Assembly (NCBI GenBank): GCA_951406725.2
Contig: OX597815.1
Location: 14,136,001-14,200,000 of the forward strand
Length of the DNA stretch: 64,000 nucleotides
Direction of reading: 5' to 3'
DNA from: Octopus vulgaris
Taxonomy: Eukaryota
The notes beneath the pieces were generated by a model. It was not told the origin of the DNA. It saw only the letters and a list, made by a program, of their open reading frames with translations, and searched no databases. Of the stretch, positions 14,865-28,564 are shown one piece after another. The position numbers were made by a program, and so were the translations under genes. The first letter of the stretch is position 1. Every line of letters begins with the position of its first letter.

Positions 14865-15724
14865 AACACAGAGGGGACAAACAAGGGCACACAAACGAAT
14901 TAATTCGATTACATCGACCCCAGTGCGTAACTGCTATTTCTTTAATCGACCCCGAAAGGATTAAAGGCTAAATCGACCTCGGCGGAATTTGAACTCAAAA
15001 TGTAACGGCAGACGAAATACTTATTTCTTTACTACCCACAAGCGGCTAAACACAGAGTGGACAAACGGATTAAGTCGATTATATCGACCCCAGTGCGTAA
15101 CTGGTACTTATTTATTTAAACGACCCCGAAAGGATGAAAGGCAAAGTCGACATCGGCGGAATTTCAACTCAGAACGTAGCGGCAGACGAAATACCTATTT
15201 CTTTACTATCCACAAGGGGCTAAACACAGAGAGGACAAACAAGGACAGACAAACGGATTAAATCGATTACATCGACCCCAGTGCGTAACTGGTACTTAAT
15301 GTATCGACACCGAAAGGATGAAAAGCAAAGTCGACCTCGGCGGAATTTGAACTCAGAACGTAGCGGCAGACGAAATACCTATTTCTTTACTACCCACAAG
15401 GGGCTAAACACAGAGAGGACAAACAAGGACAGACAAACGGATTAAATCGATTACATCGACCCCAGTGCGTAACTGGTACTTAATTTATCGACCCCGAAAC
15501 GATGAAAGGCAAAGTCGACCTCGGCGGAATTTGAACTCAGAACGTAGCGGCAGACGAAATACCTATTTCTTTACTACCCACAAGGGGCTAAACACAGAGA
15601 GGACAAACAAGGACAGACAAACGGATTAAATCGATTACATCGACCCCAGTGCGTAACTGGTACTTAATTTATCGACCCCGAAAGGATGAAAGGCAAAGTC
15701 GACCTCGGCGGAATTTGAACTCAG
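14865..15724 (-). repeat. Tandem array of ~4.7 x 184-bp SINE-derived units
   Basis: Units start at 14865, 15049, 15223, 15407, 15591. Minus strand carries B-box gagttcaaattcc and a Meta-domain-like gcctttcatcctttcggggtcgataaattaagtaccag. Confidence 0.9.
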
Positions 15725-16369
15725 GATACGCTACTCTTGTCATTCAATGCCTCTTAATAACAACATTATTCAAAATACCAACATACGTATAGCAACAAGT
15801 TCAATAATACAAATTTTGTTATAGCAACTATAGAAGCTTCTGAGAACTATTAAGTCAGGTGGTGAAATGCTGTAGATAAATTAGCAATGATCGATATTTT
15901 AGAGCGCTGAGTGATAAATTTATATAACCTAACACGTTCAGACTCTTGTCTGACATAATCCAAGAATGAGAATAATAAATTTTTGCTAACATGATGTATT
16001 AGAAACTTAGAACAAGCAGAGCAGAAACTTACTTTTGAAAGACTGCACTAGATTTGGCTATTCTCATTACACCTCATATTTTGAAAATTAAACGTGTAAT
16101 AAAATATGTATGGCTAATATAAAGGAAAGAACGATGAACAATAAATAATGAATGGGTTCATTATTAAAATGAAGGCAGATTTTATTACTCTAAAAATAAC
16201 ATGACATCTAATACTAAGACATGTTCGATGCAATTAAAATGTATCTTTGGAGATAGTTAAATTATCTAACATGCTCACACTGGCCCCAACACGCGAATTC
16301 ACAGCCACATATATACACACTCAAGTTTATTTGATACATTTGTATGTACATATATATATGTATTTATAA

Positions 16370-16407
<38 letters not shown>

Positions 16408-16471
16408 TTATAAATACATATATATATGTACATAGAAATGTATATATATATATATATATATATACTTATAA

Positions 16472-16522
<51 letters not shown>

Positions 16523-16532
16523 GACTTATAAG

Positions 16533-16574
<42 letters not shown>

Positions 16575-18599
16575 GGCACACTTGCATGTATATATATATA
16601 TATATAAATATGTACAGATAGATAGAGAGAGAGTGAGAGTGAAATAGAGGAGAAAGAAAGAAAAATGAAATGAGAAAGGAAGAGAGCGAGAAGAAGAGAA
16701 ATATAATAGGGAGTTGAATATAATATTAATAGCACTAATATAAAGACAAATAATTAAAGTTGAACAATTGCCTTAGATTGAAATGTCGAATTGAAATGGG
16801 AAATTACTGCTTTCCTGACAAACTTTAATTGTTTTCTGAAATAAAGATTTGATGAGCATGTAGAATATGCCTTATTTCTTCTTCACAAAATTATTCCAGC
16901 ATTCCCTTAGAGTGGATTAAAATTGATTTACAGTTTAATAGATTTTAAAATCAAATTTCCAGTAAGTATGGAATTGTAATTTGGATGATTGTTTTAAAAG
17001 CTGTGAATACGTCATATATGATTGGTAGAGCACCTTTGCAGAGAAGTTGATTTTTGTTAATCACTGACAGCATTACACATATAATGAACGAATAGAAGAT
17101 TGGTGAAAGCTCGCTAGATGTGAAGCGTTTTTTAAACTTGCTTTTCCCATCGCTACTTTTTTTTTTTCTTACATTTTGCATCTTTTTCCTTGGCCCTCCA
17201 GTTAAAACCTGCAGAAATAACATGAGATAGTTTTCAAATTGTGAGATGTATTTAATCTCACAAAATCGAATATAATGCTTCCCCAGTGTGAAAATTAATA
17301 TTTTGGTCTAGGCACACAGGTATATGTTGTCGCGTATTGTCACTCCTCCTTAATCACAAATGAGTTCAATGGCGCAATGCTCGCATCCTCCGAATTGCAT
17401 TGCTACATTTTTCTCATAATGTATATCAGTTCTTTACCACATCTTTATAGTTACGAGCCTAAAAATAAAAGAAAAAGCAGAGACACCATCCTCATAAAAA
17501 CAATAGCAAAGAGTATCGAATATCTAACAAGAAATAACTCCGCAGTGAAATGTAGGACAGGACAATATTATTCGTTATCAAACGATATTTCACTTCTTTC
17601 AGAAAGTACAAGAGATGACCACACCTATGTTTATGGTTTATTATATATGACCTCTTACTTGCTGAACTAGTGACAGGTAAAACGTTAAATAAATGTGCTA
17701 GACTGTATACTGGTGTGCATATACACGGAGAATTTTCACCGATACTATGATAAAGATGAAAGGAATTTCAACCGTGCTTCGTGGTCTGCTACCACAACAG
17801 CTCTTTTATAGGATCCAGGTAGCTCAAGACATCACCAGGAGGAACCATGTCCGGTTTCGGCCCCTACCGTTTTGACGTGGCGGGGGCCCCCACTTTCGGA
17901 GGTGTCTTCAGGTGTTGGGTGCATGTCTTCTTTCTACTTCTTTCTTCTGTTCCCTGGCCTCTTCGATGTAGCTTCCCTTACCTCCTGAAATAATAACAAT
18001 GGCATTTTTCAACGATATCTTTACTCCACACAGTAAGATTATTTCTAGTTAGATTTTTAATAATCCGAATATAAAAAAAAAATGCCCAATGTCTTTTGAA
18101 TATTAAAATTTGAAAAAGCGGTGTCAGATTTCTCATGTGACAAGCTATTGAGGGTACAATGTAACCGGATATATAAGTCATGCAATCTTAGTTAATGTAA
18201 TTATACACAGAGCGCACATATCTTATATTAGAAAGTTAAATACTTAATTGTCTGAGACAAGCTATTGTTAATTAAAGCATAACCTTCGAGATTATTAATC
18301 TAATCTTTAGTATTCAAGCTGACAATATTTATATTTACATGATGTAACGATCGTTTGGATGTCAAATCCTTATCAAGTGTCTTGTTTCTGGATAGCTACA
18401 TGGTACTACGCAGTATTTCATATCGTTGACTTCCTTTCTGGACGGATGTATAGTAGTATTCTATAGAATACATAGGTACATAACTACACTTGTTTCAGAA
18501 GCATAGATTCTTTATTTTAATCTAGCCTACGACTTTCTACATCAGGTAGGGTTTTAACCCCAGTATTTACATGTTATTAATCATAACTTTATTTGTACA

Positions 18600-18994
18600 C
18601 TAGCAGTATCGACCGGCGTTGCTCGGGTTTGTTTCGACCCTCTAGAATTGGAATTTTTGAAAAGTAAAACATTTTGCATTATGTAGCTTGTTATCCTCTT
18701 TAAGTGAACATTTTTCTGGTTGAAATACACCGAAAAAGGGTGACACAGCAGTCCAAAAATCGTAAAAAATATGGGTTTTCATAGAAGAAAAAAGCACCTT
18801 TTCTATGTAAATAATTCTTAGTGTTAACATGGTCCGATTTGAATTTTTTCTCCATCGGAAGGAAGAACAAGCCGTCTTCTACCATACTCTCAATTTTGGT
18901 CAACTTGCGCCGCAGGGGCTCGGAGGAGATAGGGTTAGTTGAAGACTACCAAACCTGCCATATACAGACAATTTCAGCTTTATAGAGAGAGAGA
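18600..18994 (-). mobile_element. Non-autonomous Helitron
   Basis: Minus strand starts a|TC.. and ends with hairpin-like cccgagcaacgccgg then CTAG|t; second copy at 60056-60217. Confidence 0.8.
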
Positions 18995-19415
18995 TTGAGA
19001 TCCAAATTTTAAAAAAAAGACGCCTTCCACATTCTCTCGGATGTTTATAAATTGTTATGACGTCAAAGTAAAGGAAAATTATACATCAGCATCGGATGAT
19101 TTACCCAACTTCACGTTGGGCTCAGCAAACATATTTAAGAGCCTGATTTATTTTGCAAAATGCCTAAAATTCAATGTTGAAGTGGTATATCAAATATGAC
19201 ACATGTGAAAATATGTATAAAACGTATTGTGTGCGTGCGTGTGTGTGTATGTGTGTGTTTATTCGCTTTTTACGCAAGAACGGCTGCGTGATTTGATTCA
19301 CTACTTGGGTTGTATGAATAATTTGACCTCTGATAATTAATAGGGTCGTCATTTTATTACGGAGATGTGCTCGCATAGCGAGTGATTTGATCTGAGAACG
19401 TGTGCTGGAACGAAA

Positions 19416-19722
19416 ACAATTGCAGCGTGGAAGGTGTTTGTAAGCCATTTAAGAAACACACAAAAGCCGTTCGATTCACTTCAACATTTAAGTTTAATTT
19501 GTCAAAATATTTTCGTCGCTAAAATCCGCGACCTGTTCACTGACAAAAATCCGTGCTGCATCCGTGCTGCATCGAGATGCAGCACGGATTTTTGTCAGTG
19601 AACAGGTCGCGAATTTTAGCGACGAAAATATTTTGACAAATTAAACTTAAATGTTGAAGTGAATCGAACGGCTTTTGTGTGTTTCTTAAATGGCTTACAA
19701 ACACCTTCCACGCTGCAATTGT
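19416..19722. repeat. Near-perfect foldback (arms 19416-19562 / 19576-19722)
   Basis: 147 bp arms with one mismatch seen; the 13-nt spacer duplicates the arm end (cgtgctgcatc). Confidence 0.95.
19591..19640 (+). ncRNA. Minimal Type I hammerhead ribozyme motif, G3-C8 core variant (mirror copy 19498-19547, minus)
   Basis: tttgtca-GTGAACA-g-gtcgc(gaatttta)gcgac-GAA-AATATT-T-tgacaaa: 7-bp helix I, 5-bp helix II, palindromic helix III. Confidence 0.7.
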
Positions 19723-19756
19723 CGTCATTCTATTTCTTTGTTTAAAAAAATAATAG

Positions 19757-19829
<73 letters not shown>

Positions 19830-20899
19830 TAACTTCTTTAAAAAGGTTTCTCGATGTCAGCTTCCAGTATTTGCGTAGCTACACACACATGTATAAATAA
19901 CGCCCTTAATGAATATTTAGATTTTAACTACTTCTATTTCAATTCAGTTGAATTGATTTTTGGGTTCCTCACACACATGTATGTATACAATACGTGGTTG
20001 ATAAATATGAACATTTTGAACCGATTCTATATCATTTCAGTCGCATTGCTGTTTTCGATGCCAGAGGAAAATATAGGAGCATCACAGCTTCCAATACATT
20101 TTCACGTCCCTCAGAGAAACATTCTTCTAAGGATGTCTGTTGTCTTTCTTCTAAGCATTTCTGTTACTATCTCTCTAAATTTATATCTATATATCTCTCT
20201 ATCAATCTAAATCTATATCTATCTATCTCTCTATCTATATTTATCGTGGGCATGAATAATTTCACCTGGGATACAATAATATGGTCTTCATTGATTCTTT
20301 TAATATAATATTGCTTTCACTTGTCACATTCCTCATAGAAACATTCTTCCAAGGATTTCTGTATCCTTTCTTCTAAGGATTTCTATTACTCTCTCTCTCT
20401 CTCCCTCTCTCTCTCTCTCTCTATCTATCTAGCTATCTATCTAGCTATCTATCTATATCTATCTGTCGATCAATATCTAAGTGTCTATCTATCTCTGTCT
20501 ATCAGTACAACTGTCTATCTATCTGTGTACGCCGTTATGTATACAATATGCCGTTGATGAATATCCACATTTTAACTGCTTCTATTTCATTTCAATCGCA
20601 TTGTTTTTAGGTTCCTGGAGAAAATACGAGAAAGTCACAGCGTCTTGTATATTTTTAGCTTGAGAATATCACTCTTCACGTTCCTCATAGAAATATAACG
20701 CTTTCTGGTACCAAAACAATTCTTACAGCTACTTTCATCGCTTACAATCTTCTGTTCTGTTTCTATATCAGTAAATATCCATGCAAGAACGGAGGTGTCA
20801 AATTTGACTCCGGTGTCAAGCTCAGTCAAAAGGGTGTCTCTGTCGATGGAAAGAGAGATAGCTGAAAAGGGGAATGACGCCAAGAAAGGAACAGACTGT

Positions 20900-22175
20900 G
20901 CGCTACAGTAGCCAGAGTATCTGAGTTTGATGGGACAAGTGTTGTGCATAAAAAAATACAGTTGCGTACTGGTACTGTCCGAGCATCTCAAGGTACTGAA
21001 CACAAGTATGCAGGCCTGACAAGGAATAGAATCTCCACTGCAATGATACTGGTGTATTCTTCTTCTTAGTTGCTCCTTGAGGCACAGGAAAGACATCATT
21101 GATCAACCTGCTCTTTGCCAAGGTGAGACAAAGGAAGAAGATTGCTCTGGCTGATGCATCCTCTGAAATTGCAGCCACACACCTAACAGGTGGAAGAGCA
21201 GCCCGTTCAACATTCAATCTGTCTCTGAACCTGATCCAAAATGAATCTCCATTATACAACATATCGCAGAATACAGTGTCAGCTAAGCTCCGTACAGATG
21301 CCTAACTCATAGTCTGGGATAAGGCAACAATATCTCATTAGACAGCCTTTGAAGCTCTTAGAACACTACAAGATTTCAGAAACAAAATCAAGGGTGGTGT
21401 CATTCTCCTTGTGGCTGTTAACGTCAGAAAAGCTGTCTGTCACTCCCAGTGGAACAAAGTCAGATGAGCTGAGAGCTTGCATCAAGTCCTCATATATCTG
21501 GCAACATGTCAAGCAGCTTACTCTGATATGAGAGTTCACATTCATGATGACACATTAGCTACAGAGTTCTCCAAGACGCTACTTTACATTGGAAATGGAA
21601 AACTTCCACAGGGTCCAGAAGATAGTCGGTGCCACCTCCCATGTGGCATTATGACTGCCTCCCTTGAAGAACTAAAGAGCAAGGTCTTTCCAAACCTTGC
21701 CACAAACTACAAAAGTCACAAGTGGCTATGTGAAAGAACAATTCTGGCACCAAGGAATGATGCTATAGACAAGCTGAATCTAAGTTTGTTGTCTCAGCTT
21801 CCAGGAGCTGAATGTTCATATAGATCAGTTGACTCTGTCCCTGATCAAGAACAGGCAATGTATTACCCAGTAGAGTTCCTCAATTCTCTTCAACCACTAG
21901 AATTTCCACCACACATTCTGATCATAAACGCAGGTGCTCCCATAATGCTGGGAAGAAAACTTGATGGACCCAGACTCTGCAATCGAAGAAGGTTGGTTGT
22001 TAAAACGTTCATATCCCATGTGTTGGAAGCAGCGATGATTGCAAGCAACATGATGTTGGAGAATGTCTTCATTCCAAGTATTGATCTTTGCAATATCTAT
22101 CAACAAGATCAAGCTTTAAACGTGTTGGGACTTAACTTCCTTCAGCCATGCTTCTCACATGGTAATGCAAAGAAA
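20900..22175 (+). mobile_element. Helitron Pif1-like helicase pseudogene fragment
   Basis: Walker A GTGKT (~21080), ASSEIAATHLTGGRAARSTF, LIVWD, WLCERTILAPRN, YPVEFLNSL..PPH; stops and frameshifts present. Confidence 0.9.
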
Positions 22176-23242
22176 AATACTCACACAACTTTTAATACAA
22201 GTCTATTGCCTTCACACAATCCTTAGGCTTCGTCCTCCCTCTATTCTCTTTTTTGTTTTTCCCTTTCCTTTGATTTTGCAGTGTTTACACCCTTCCACCT
22301 TTTACATCTATTTTCTTCTCGCTTTTCTCGTATTTTCACTTATTCTTTCGTCCTGTTTTAACTTGTTATGACATGTCGGCAGAGCTTGAAATCTGCGTGA
22401 AATAGATAAAATGTGTGTGTGTGTTTGTGTTTGTGTGTGTGTTTGTGTGATTTTGTGTGTGTTTGTATTTGTGTGTGTGGTTGTGTGTATGTTTGTGTCT
22501 GTGTTTGTGTGTGTGTGTTTGTGTGTTTTTGTGTGTGTGTGTTTGTGTTTTTGTGTGCGTGTGTGTGTTTGTGTGTGTGCGTATGTTTGTTAGCTTGACA
22601 TTGCGTCGTTTACATTCCTGTAAGTATGTGAAGAATTCCCAGACGTTCGACACAGGTTCTTATATATACACGTGTATTGTGTGTGTGTGTGTGTGTATTA
22701 CAAACGTGCACATATAGTAATTAGGTTTGTTATGAAGAACGTATGTGAAATCAAAGTGAACATTTTATATAAGTATTGTAAATATTCAAAATATAGCATA
22801 AAAGTTATGAAAACTATACGACCTTACATAATGGCCCATCATATGTTTGCTCCATATCAAATAATCTATGCACTGTATACTGTTGTTTGGTGCCAATTCG
22901 ACAATCATCTGTAATATGCACAAGAGTAAATAGTTATCATATATTATATTATTGTCTATTCGTGTAAACTCTTGTATGTATTTGGAAGGTATTAAAAAAT
23001 AGTTGAGATTTGTAATCGCAGATATATTACTTATATAGAGCAGATAATAATTAAACTTCAGACTAAATCAACGTCAAGTCTGAAGATTTCATCATATTTA
23101 TCATAATATTTATTTTCGCTCCCCAGTTAATATTGATATGACAAGTATCATAAGATTATGGCTAGGCTCAAATATAGGTAGTTGAAGAGACGGATGGTAA
23201 GAATAACAGTGTTTAAGAAATTCTCATTACAGCATGCTGTTA

Positions 23243-23552
23243 TTTATAATAATGAAATTATTGTATACAGTGCTCAGGTGCACTACAACTTGTCAAAAGT
23301 GCATATAAAGCATATGCAGTAATGTAGAAATGTCTGAAAAGCGAACAGTGTATGAGTCAGATACATGCTTGCGAGTGTATGGAGGGGAGAAAATCAGGTG
23401 TAGTGTTGCCGAATCTCAGGAAGCATGGAAGTTTTGAAGGATGCAGTGCTCCGACAACTAACAACTGATGCCGGCAGTTTGTTCCATGCTTCAGCAAATC
23501 TTAGTGTGAAAAAACGTTTCCGAAAGTCATGGGAGCTGTGCTGTTTTCTGAA
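23243..23552 (-). mobile_element. CR1-like LINE 3' fragment
   Basis: HDFRKRFFTLRFAEAWNKLPASVVSCRSTASFK C-terminal motif followed by a 3' UTR. Confidence 0.8.
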
Positions 23553-24232
23553 TTTTTTCTGACCAGGAGAATTGTCTGTCTTCCGTATTTTTAGTTGAGC
23601 GAGGCCTTGTAAATGTAATGAGATAGACGAAAAACTGCTGAAGCCCGTCGATTGGATTCGGTGGTAAATTTAACATTTTACACGGCTTAACTTTTCTTTC
23701 TCAATCTAGTGCTTCTTTGGTGGAATCCACTATATTGTAATCAAAACAGCTATGACTGCAGTTTGAAATTTTTCTGTGAATCGTCCTTTTAACATAATTT
23801 TTCGACACACATTTTGAAGGCCATGAATTTTAACATCCCATATCAGATTAAGACATAAATATAACACCGTACATAGCGATGAAAGGTCATACTCCAGAGT
23901 AGCAATGAATGTATTAGGGTGAGTGTATGAACGAAAAATTAGACAAAACTATATCAGTAACTCAATATGATTTTACCGGTTGACTCTAATCGACGAAACA
24001 ATTTACTAAAGAATTAACCTGTTTTATTAAAAATAAATGTAACATAAATGAATGCGTGTGTGTTTGTGTGTTTGTGTTTGTGTGTGTGTGCATCAGTGAG
24101 TGCTGGTGAGTGTATCAATATAGGTGCACGACCATATATTTATACATATAGATAAACACATCTAGTCAACACAACCACACTCTCATAAATATTACAGTAT
24201 ACAGTATACACATTTGAGTAGGTATATAAGTA

Positions 24233-24323
<91 letters not shown>

Positions 24324-24374
24324 GTATATATATATATATATGTATATATATATGTATATATATATGTGTATATA

Positions 24375-24410
<36 letters not shown>

Positions 24411-25249
24411 TATGAACATTTATACTACATACTAAAGACATACTATCTCCATTAAACCTTATAAACACTATTCGGCTTCCTATTCTATATAACTATATTA
24501 TAAATATATCTATCACAGGTCTACTATGTCTGCTTGTAACCACTCAGACACTCACATACACATCCGCATATGACTGTGGCTGAATAACGCTGCGCACAAT
24601 TGTATGTAGATGTGTGAGCATTTACCCGTAAGCTGGGAGAGTATGACAGCGGAAGAGCGAGTGAGAGAAGGAAATTGAGAAGGAGAGCAACTTGTCTCTG
24701 GTCAAAATTCAATTACTTTGCACAACACATATAACTGACAACCACAAATAGAAAAGTAACAAAGATACAAAATACAAACTGAAAAATATATGGAAAACCA
24801 TAAAATCTGACATGACAAGAACCCATCAGTTGGGCCACCTTGGTTGGTAATCAACTGTGAATGTCAATATATACTAGAGTTTTTATAAAATATTTTTATA
24901 AAGTTTTCTCTCAAAGTTTTGTTCGCTTCTCACTCCTGCATGAAATGTATGGTAAGATTGAGCCAACATACCAGCGTTTACATGGTCAGTCACCCTACTA
25001 GAAAAAGCAGCTGAATCTCCTAAATCGTACATTATATGCTAAAAGTGAAATATGCACATTGGATAACGTAGATCAAGGTGAATGAATGCCTAAATGAGAA
25101 GTGCTGATCAGGTTTGGAATGGCTATGGCTATATGCACATTTGATTACGTTCGACCAGAGATAAATGACAAGAAAAACAACACAATTTATAATATACAAT
25201 AAATCTGTAAAAATACATACACATATGCGCGCACAGACAAGCACATGTA

Positions 25250-25789
25250 CAGGGTCAGGCAAAATGATCTGACACATTTGTAGGTTAAATAAAAGGCAAA
25301 TGAAGTAAAGAAACAAAAAAGTGTTTTTATTTTTGAAAAGTTCATATAATGCCATTTTGTTTCATTATATTTTAAAAATTAAATCAGTCAAATGGGATCT
25401 ATTATTGTCCACACACTGTCGAAGGGGTTCACGAAAGTTGTCAATAACTCGGCGGGTCATTTCATGTGGAATGGCAGTAATTTCTTGACGAATTGCATCT
25501 TTAAGTTCTGGCGGTTGATTTTCGTTTCAATGCAGATCCAGTAGCTCAGAAGTTGGTAACCCATAACAAGATCGTGTTTCGAGCTGGTACGGGATCATGT
25601 CTACCAAGATTGAAGTGCAAACGGAACGCTCTTTGTGTTGCAGTTACAGAATCGTTTGTTTTGATAAACGTTTCCACAATGAAAGCGCGATGCTCACCAG
25701 TCCAATTCATGGCAGCAACTGAAAAAGAAACGAAAAACAATGCCTTTTATTTAACCTTCAAATGTGTCAGATCATTTTGCCTGACCCTG
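25250..25789 (-). mobile_element. Internally deleted Tc1/mariner-superfamily transposon
   Basis: ~49-bp TIRs cagggtcaggcaaaatgatctgacacatttg, TA duplications on both sides, N-terminal HTH MNWTGEHRAFIVETFIKTNDSVTATQRAFR. Confidence 0.9.
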
Positions 25790-26511
25790 TATATGTTATT
25801 TTATCTTTTGTTTCAGTCATAGACAGCGGCCGTGCTGGGGTATCACCTTGAAGATTTTTTAGCCGAATGGGTCGACTCCAGTCTTTTTTTTTTAAGCCGG
25901 GACTGTTCAACTTCGCTTGTCCCGCATGTGAAACTTTCATCTGAACTTACGCCTCGCTAAAAATAGCGCCATTAGTTAGTTCAAAACAAATGAGTCTCAG
26001 AATAGAATATTGATTAAATTATCTGCTATGATAATACTGCTAAACATGTGAATATTCAAGATATGAATCACGGAAACTTATAACAGCTCACCGATATTGT
26101 CCAACGTCGGCTCCATATAGGTTCTTTCTTCTCGGCCTGGAGAGTCTAAGAATGTTTTCACTCAGGCCCTCCTGTATTCTTCCCCTATCCTTTTTTTATC
26201 ACCATACTCTATTCCTCGGGAACCACACAAAATACTCTACCCTCCCTCCTCCCCCGGAACAACGGCCCAATAGAATTCCCTCACAATTGATATTATCATA
26301 CAGCTGACATTTTACATATATTCGAAATGCAAATTGACAAGCTATATGTGTTTCACCTATGTTCATAACTCAGGATTTGCAACTTTTGGACCATAGCTTG
26401 AGGAGTGTGAGGACGTGTACTGTCGTAGATCGAATTTGGCCCATCTTTATTTACTAGTCTGGATTGCTTTTTATTCAAATTCACATGTATATTTGTTACA
26501 CAAATACTAGT

Positions 26512-26885
26512 ACTAGAACTGGGCGCCACTGCATAGTGCCAATGACTCCAAATTTGCCATCAAGATGTAGGACAAGATACTGTGATAGCCTGGGCTTCAG
26601 AGATCCACAGCTCTTCAATATCCTCCCGAAGGACCTGAGAGATCTGCATGGGGTGGATGCAGATGTCTTTAAAATAAAACTGGATCTCTTCCTGTCAGGT
26701 GTCCCAGATGAACCAACTTCACGGCAGGAGGTGCAGATGAGGGCAGCTGCATCGAACTCTCTCATGCACCAAATGGCAATTGCTAAAAAGCATTCGTGAA
26801 GTAAAATCATGTAGCAACACCAAATGGCGGTGCCCCAGCATGACTACAGCTCGTGAGCTGAAACTAGATAAAATAAAATAAAAAA
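26512..26885 (+). mobile_element. CR1/L2-group LINE 3' fragment (related to 48308-49458)
   Basis: CDSLGFRDPQLFNILPKDLR..VPDEPTSRQEVQMR..SNSL; 3' hairpin cagctc-gt-gagctg-aaactag and A-rich tail. Confidence 0.85.
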
Positions 26886-26904
26886 ATTAAAAATTATAAA
26901 AATG

Positions 26905-27709
26905 GAATCAATTTCCTGGCAATACGAAGTTTCTCATACCGTCTTTCCTTGTTGCAAATATGAATAATGGATAACTCCCTTTGCAGACCCCCATACAGTG
27001 GCCACTAATTTTTTAGGATGCAATGGTTAGTTTGGACAGTATTTATGTGACTCTCCTGCATTTAATCGATCACTATCCTGGTATCCTACTGTTGTCACAG
27101 AGTATGCATTTCTCATCACAATTAATGATTTGATGCATAAATGGTCTTTTTCCAGTCGAGAAAGCAATAAGGAGCACACTTCGATGCGTCTGCTTTTTTA
27201 ATCTCGTTCAGTTGATGTGGAACAATCCTATCCGTTTTCTTGATCTTTCCATATTTTAGAGGTATCCAAAAGCAGTTGTGTGAGATGTTTGGCGTTCTGA
27301 TGAAAGTTCTCGAACCTTTGTTCTCGGATTTTGTTCAACCAAAGCATTTAATCCATCATGCCAAATAACTCATTTTGGCCTACCCCTTGGTTTATTTTCA
27401 AGGCTATCATCTCCTGAACGAGAGCTTTGGGACCATCTCTGAGCTGTTCTGGTGTCAACAAAACCCTAACCCTAACCCGCTTGATATTTCGTAGAGCTTC
27501 TGCGGCAGAGTGAGCTAGTTTGTACTCACATGAGAAAATCACTCAACATAGGTTTTGTTGTTATTATTATTATAAGATTTGTGGGTACGAATTTTGTATA
27601 CCAATAGTGATGAGAAAGAAAATGTGAGGTATACATAATTGGGTTTTTAAATGACTGAAATAACAAGTAATAAAAACAACGTGACATTTCATGTAAAACA
27701 ACCTAATAC
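26905..27709 (-). mobile_element. Decayed mariner element, 5' half
   Basis: Terminal tattaggttg TIR at ~27700-27709; IFSCEYKLAHSAAEALRNI, SGDDSLENKPRGRP and PHQL remnants. Confidence 0.75.
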
Positions 27710-28005
27710 TTTGCCCCGGAAAAGTTTTGAAGGGGAAACAGTTATTTCTTCTCAGTCACAAGCTCATAATCACCATCCATCGAATAACACCTTTTATAAG
27801 ACTCTATGCTTCGAATTACCAATTACAAGCAACATTGGGACCCAACACACATGTTACAGGAAACATATACACAGCGTTCTGCTCAAATAATGGAACTGTG
27901 GATACAATATCCTTACGTATCTCACTTCTATATTTCCTTCCCCCACTTCACTCTGTATTTCATATCTTCTCTATAATACCTATTGCTTAAAAATTTTCTC
28001 GCACC

Positions 28006-28053
28006 GTCTCTGATGAAGGAATATATAAAATATCCCGGAAACAGCTGTAAGAC
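28006..28053 (+). ncRNA. Minimal hammerhead ribozyme motif, canonical core
   Basis: gtct-CTGATGA-aggaatat(ataaa)atatcccg-GAA-ACAGCTGT-A-agac; GUA cleavage triplet; helix II has mismatches. Confidence 0.75.
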
Positions 28054-28326
28054 CTTCTCGTTATAAATGCTCTGAAACCTTTCATAGCCTTGGATTTTTT
28101 AATCTCATTCTGTACATTTTTTATATATATGCATGCTAATATATGACCTACGTTGGACTCCTTATTCGTATAATCATCGAACTTAAAGCTTAATTATAGT
28201 CTGTCCATAGCACTAACTCAGAATTACCTGAAACCTTTGGGTCTTTTTGACGCCATTACATCTCATTGCCTATACATACATACATAATTAGAAACACACA
28301 CACACTCACATATATATATGTATATA

Positions 28327-28370
<44 letters not shown>

Positions 28371-28460
28371 TATATATGTATATATCCATATGTTTGTGTA
28401 TATAAATATATATATATATATCCATGTATACATATATATATATATATATATATATATGTG

Positions 28461-28495
<35 letters not shown>

Positions 28496-28502
28496 GTATA
28501 TA

Positions 28503-28540
<38 letters not shown>

Positions 28541-28564
28541 CATATATATAAATAACTTATAAAC

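Noticed and set aside
14865-15724. CRISPR-like periodicity
   Set aside because: Whole 184-bp units repeat with no unique spacers, no cas genes, eukaryotic context.
20900-22226. Host PIF1 helicase gene
   Set aside because: Intronless, with stops and frameshifts, and Helitron-type motifs.
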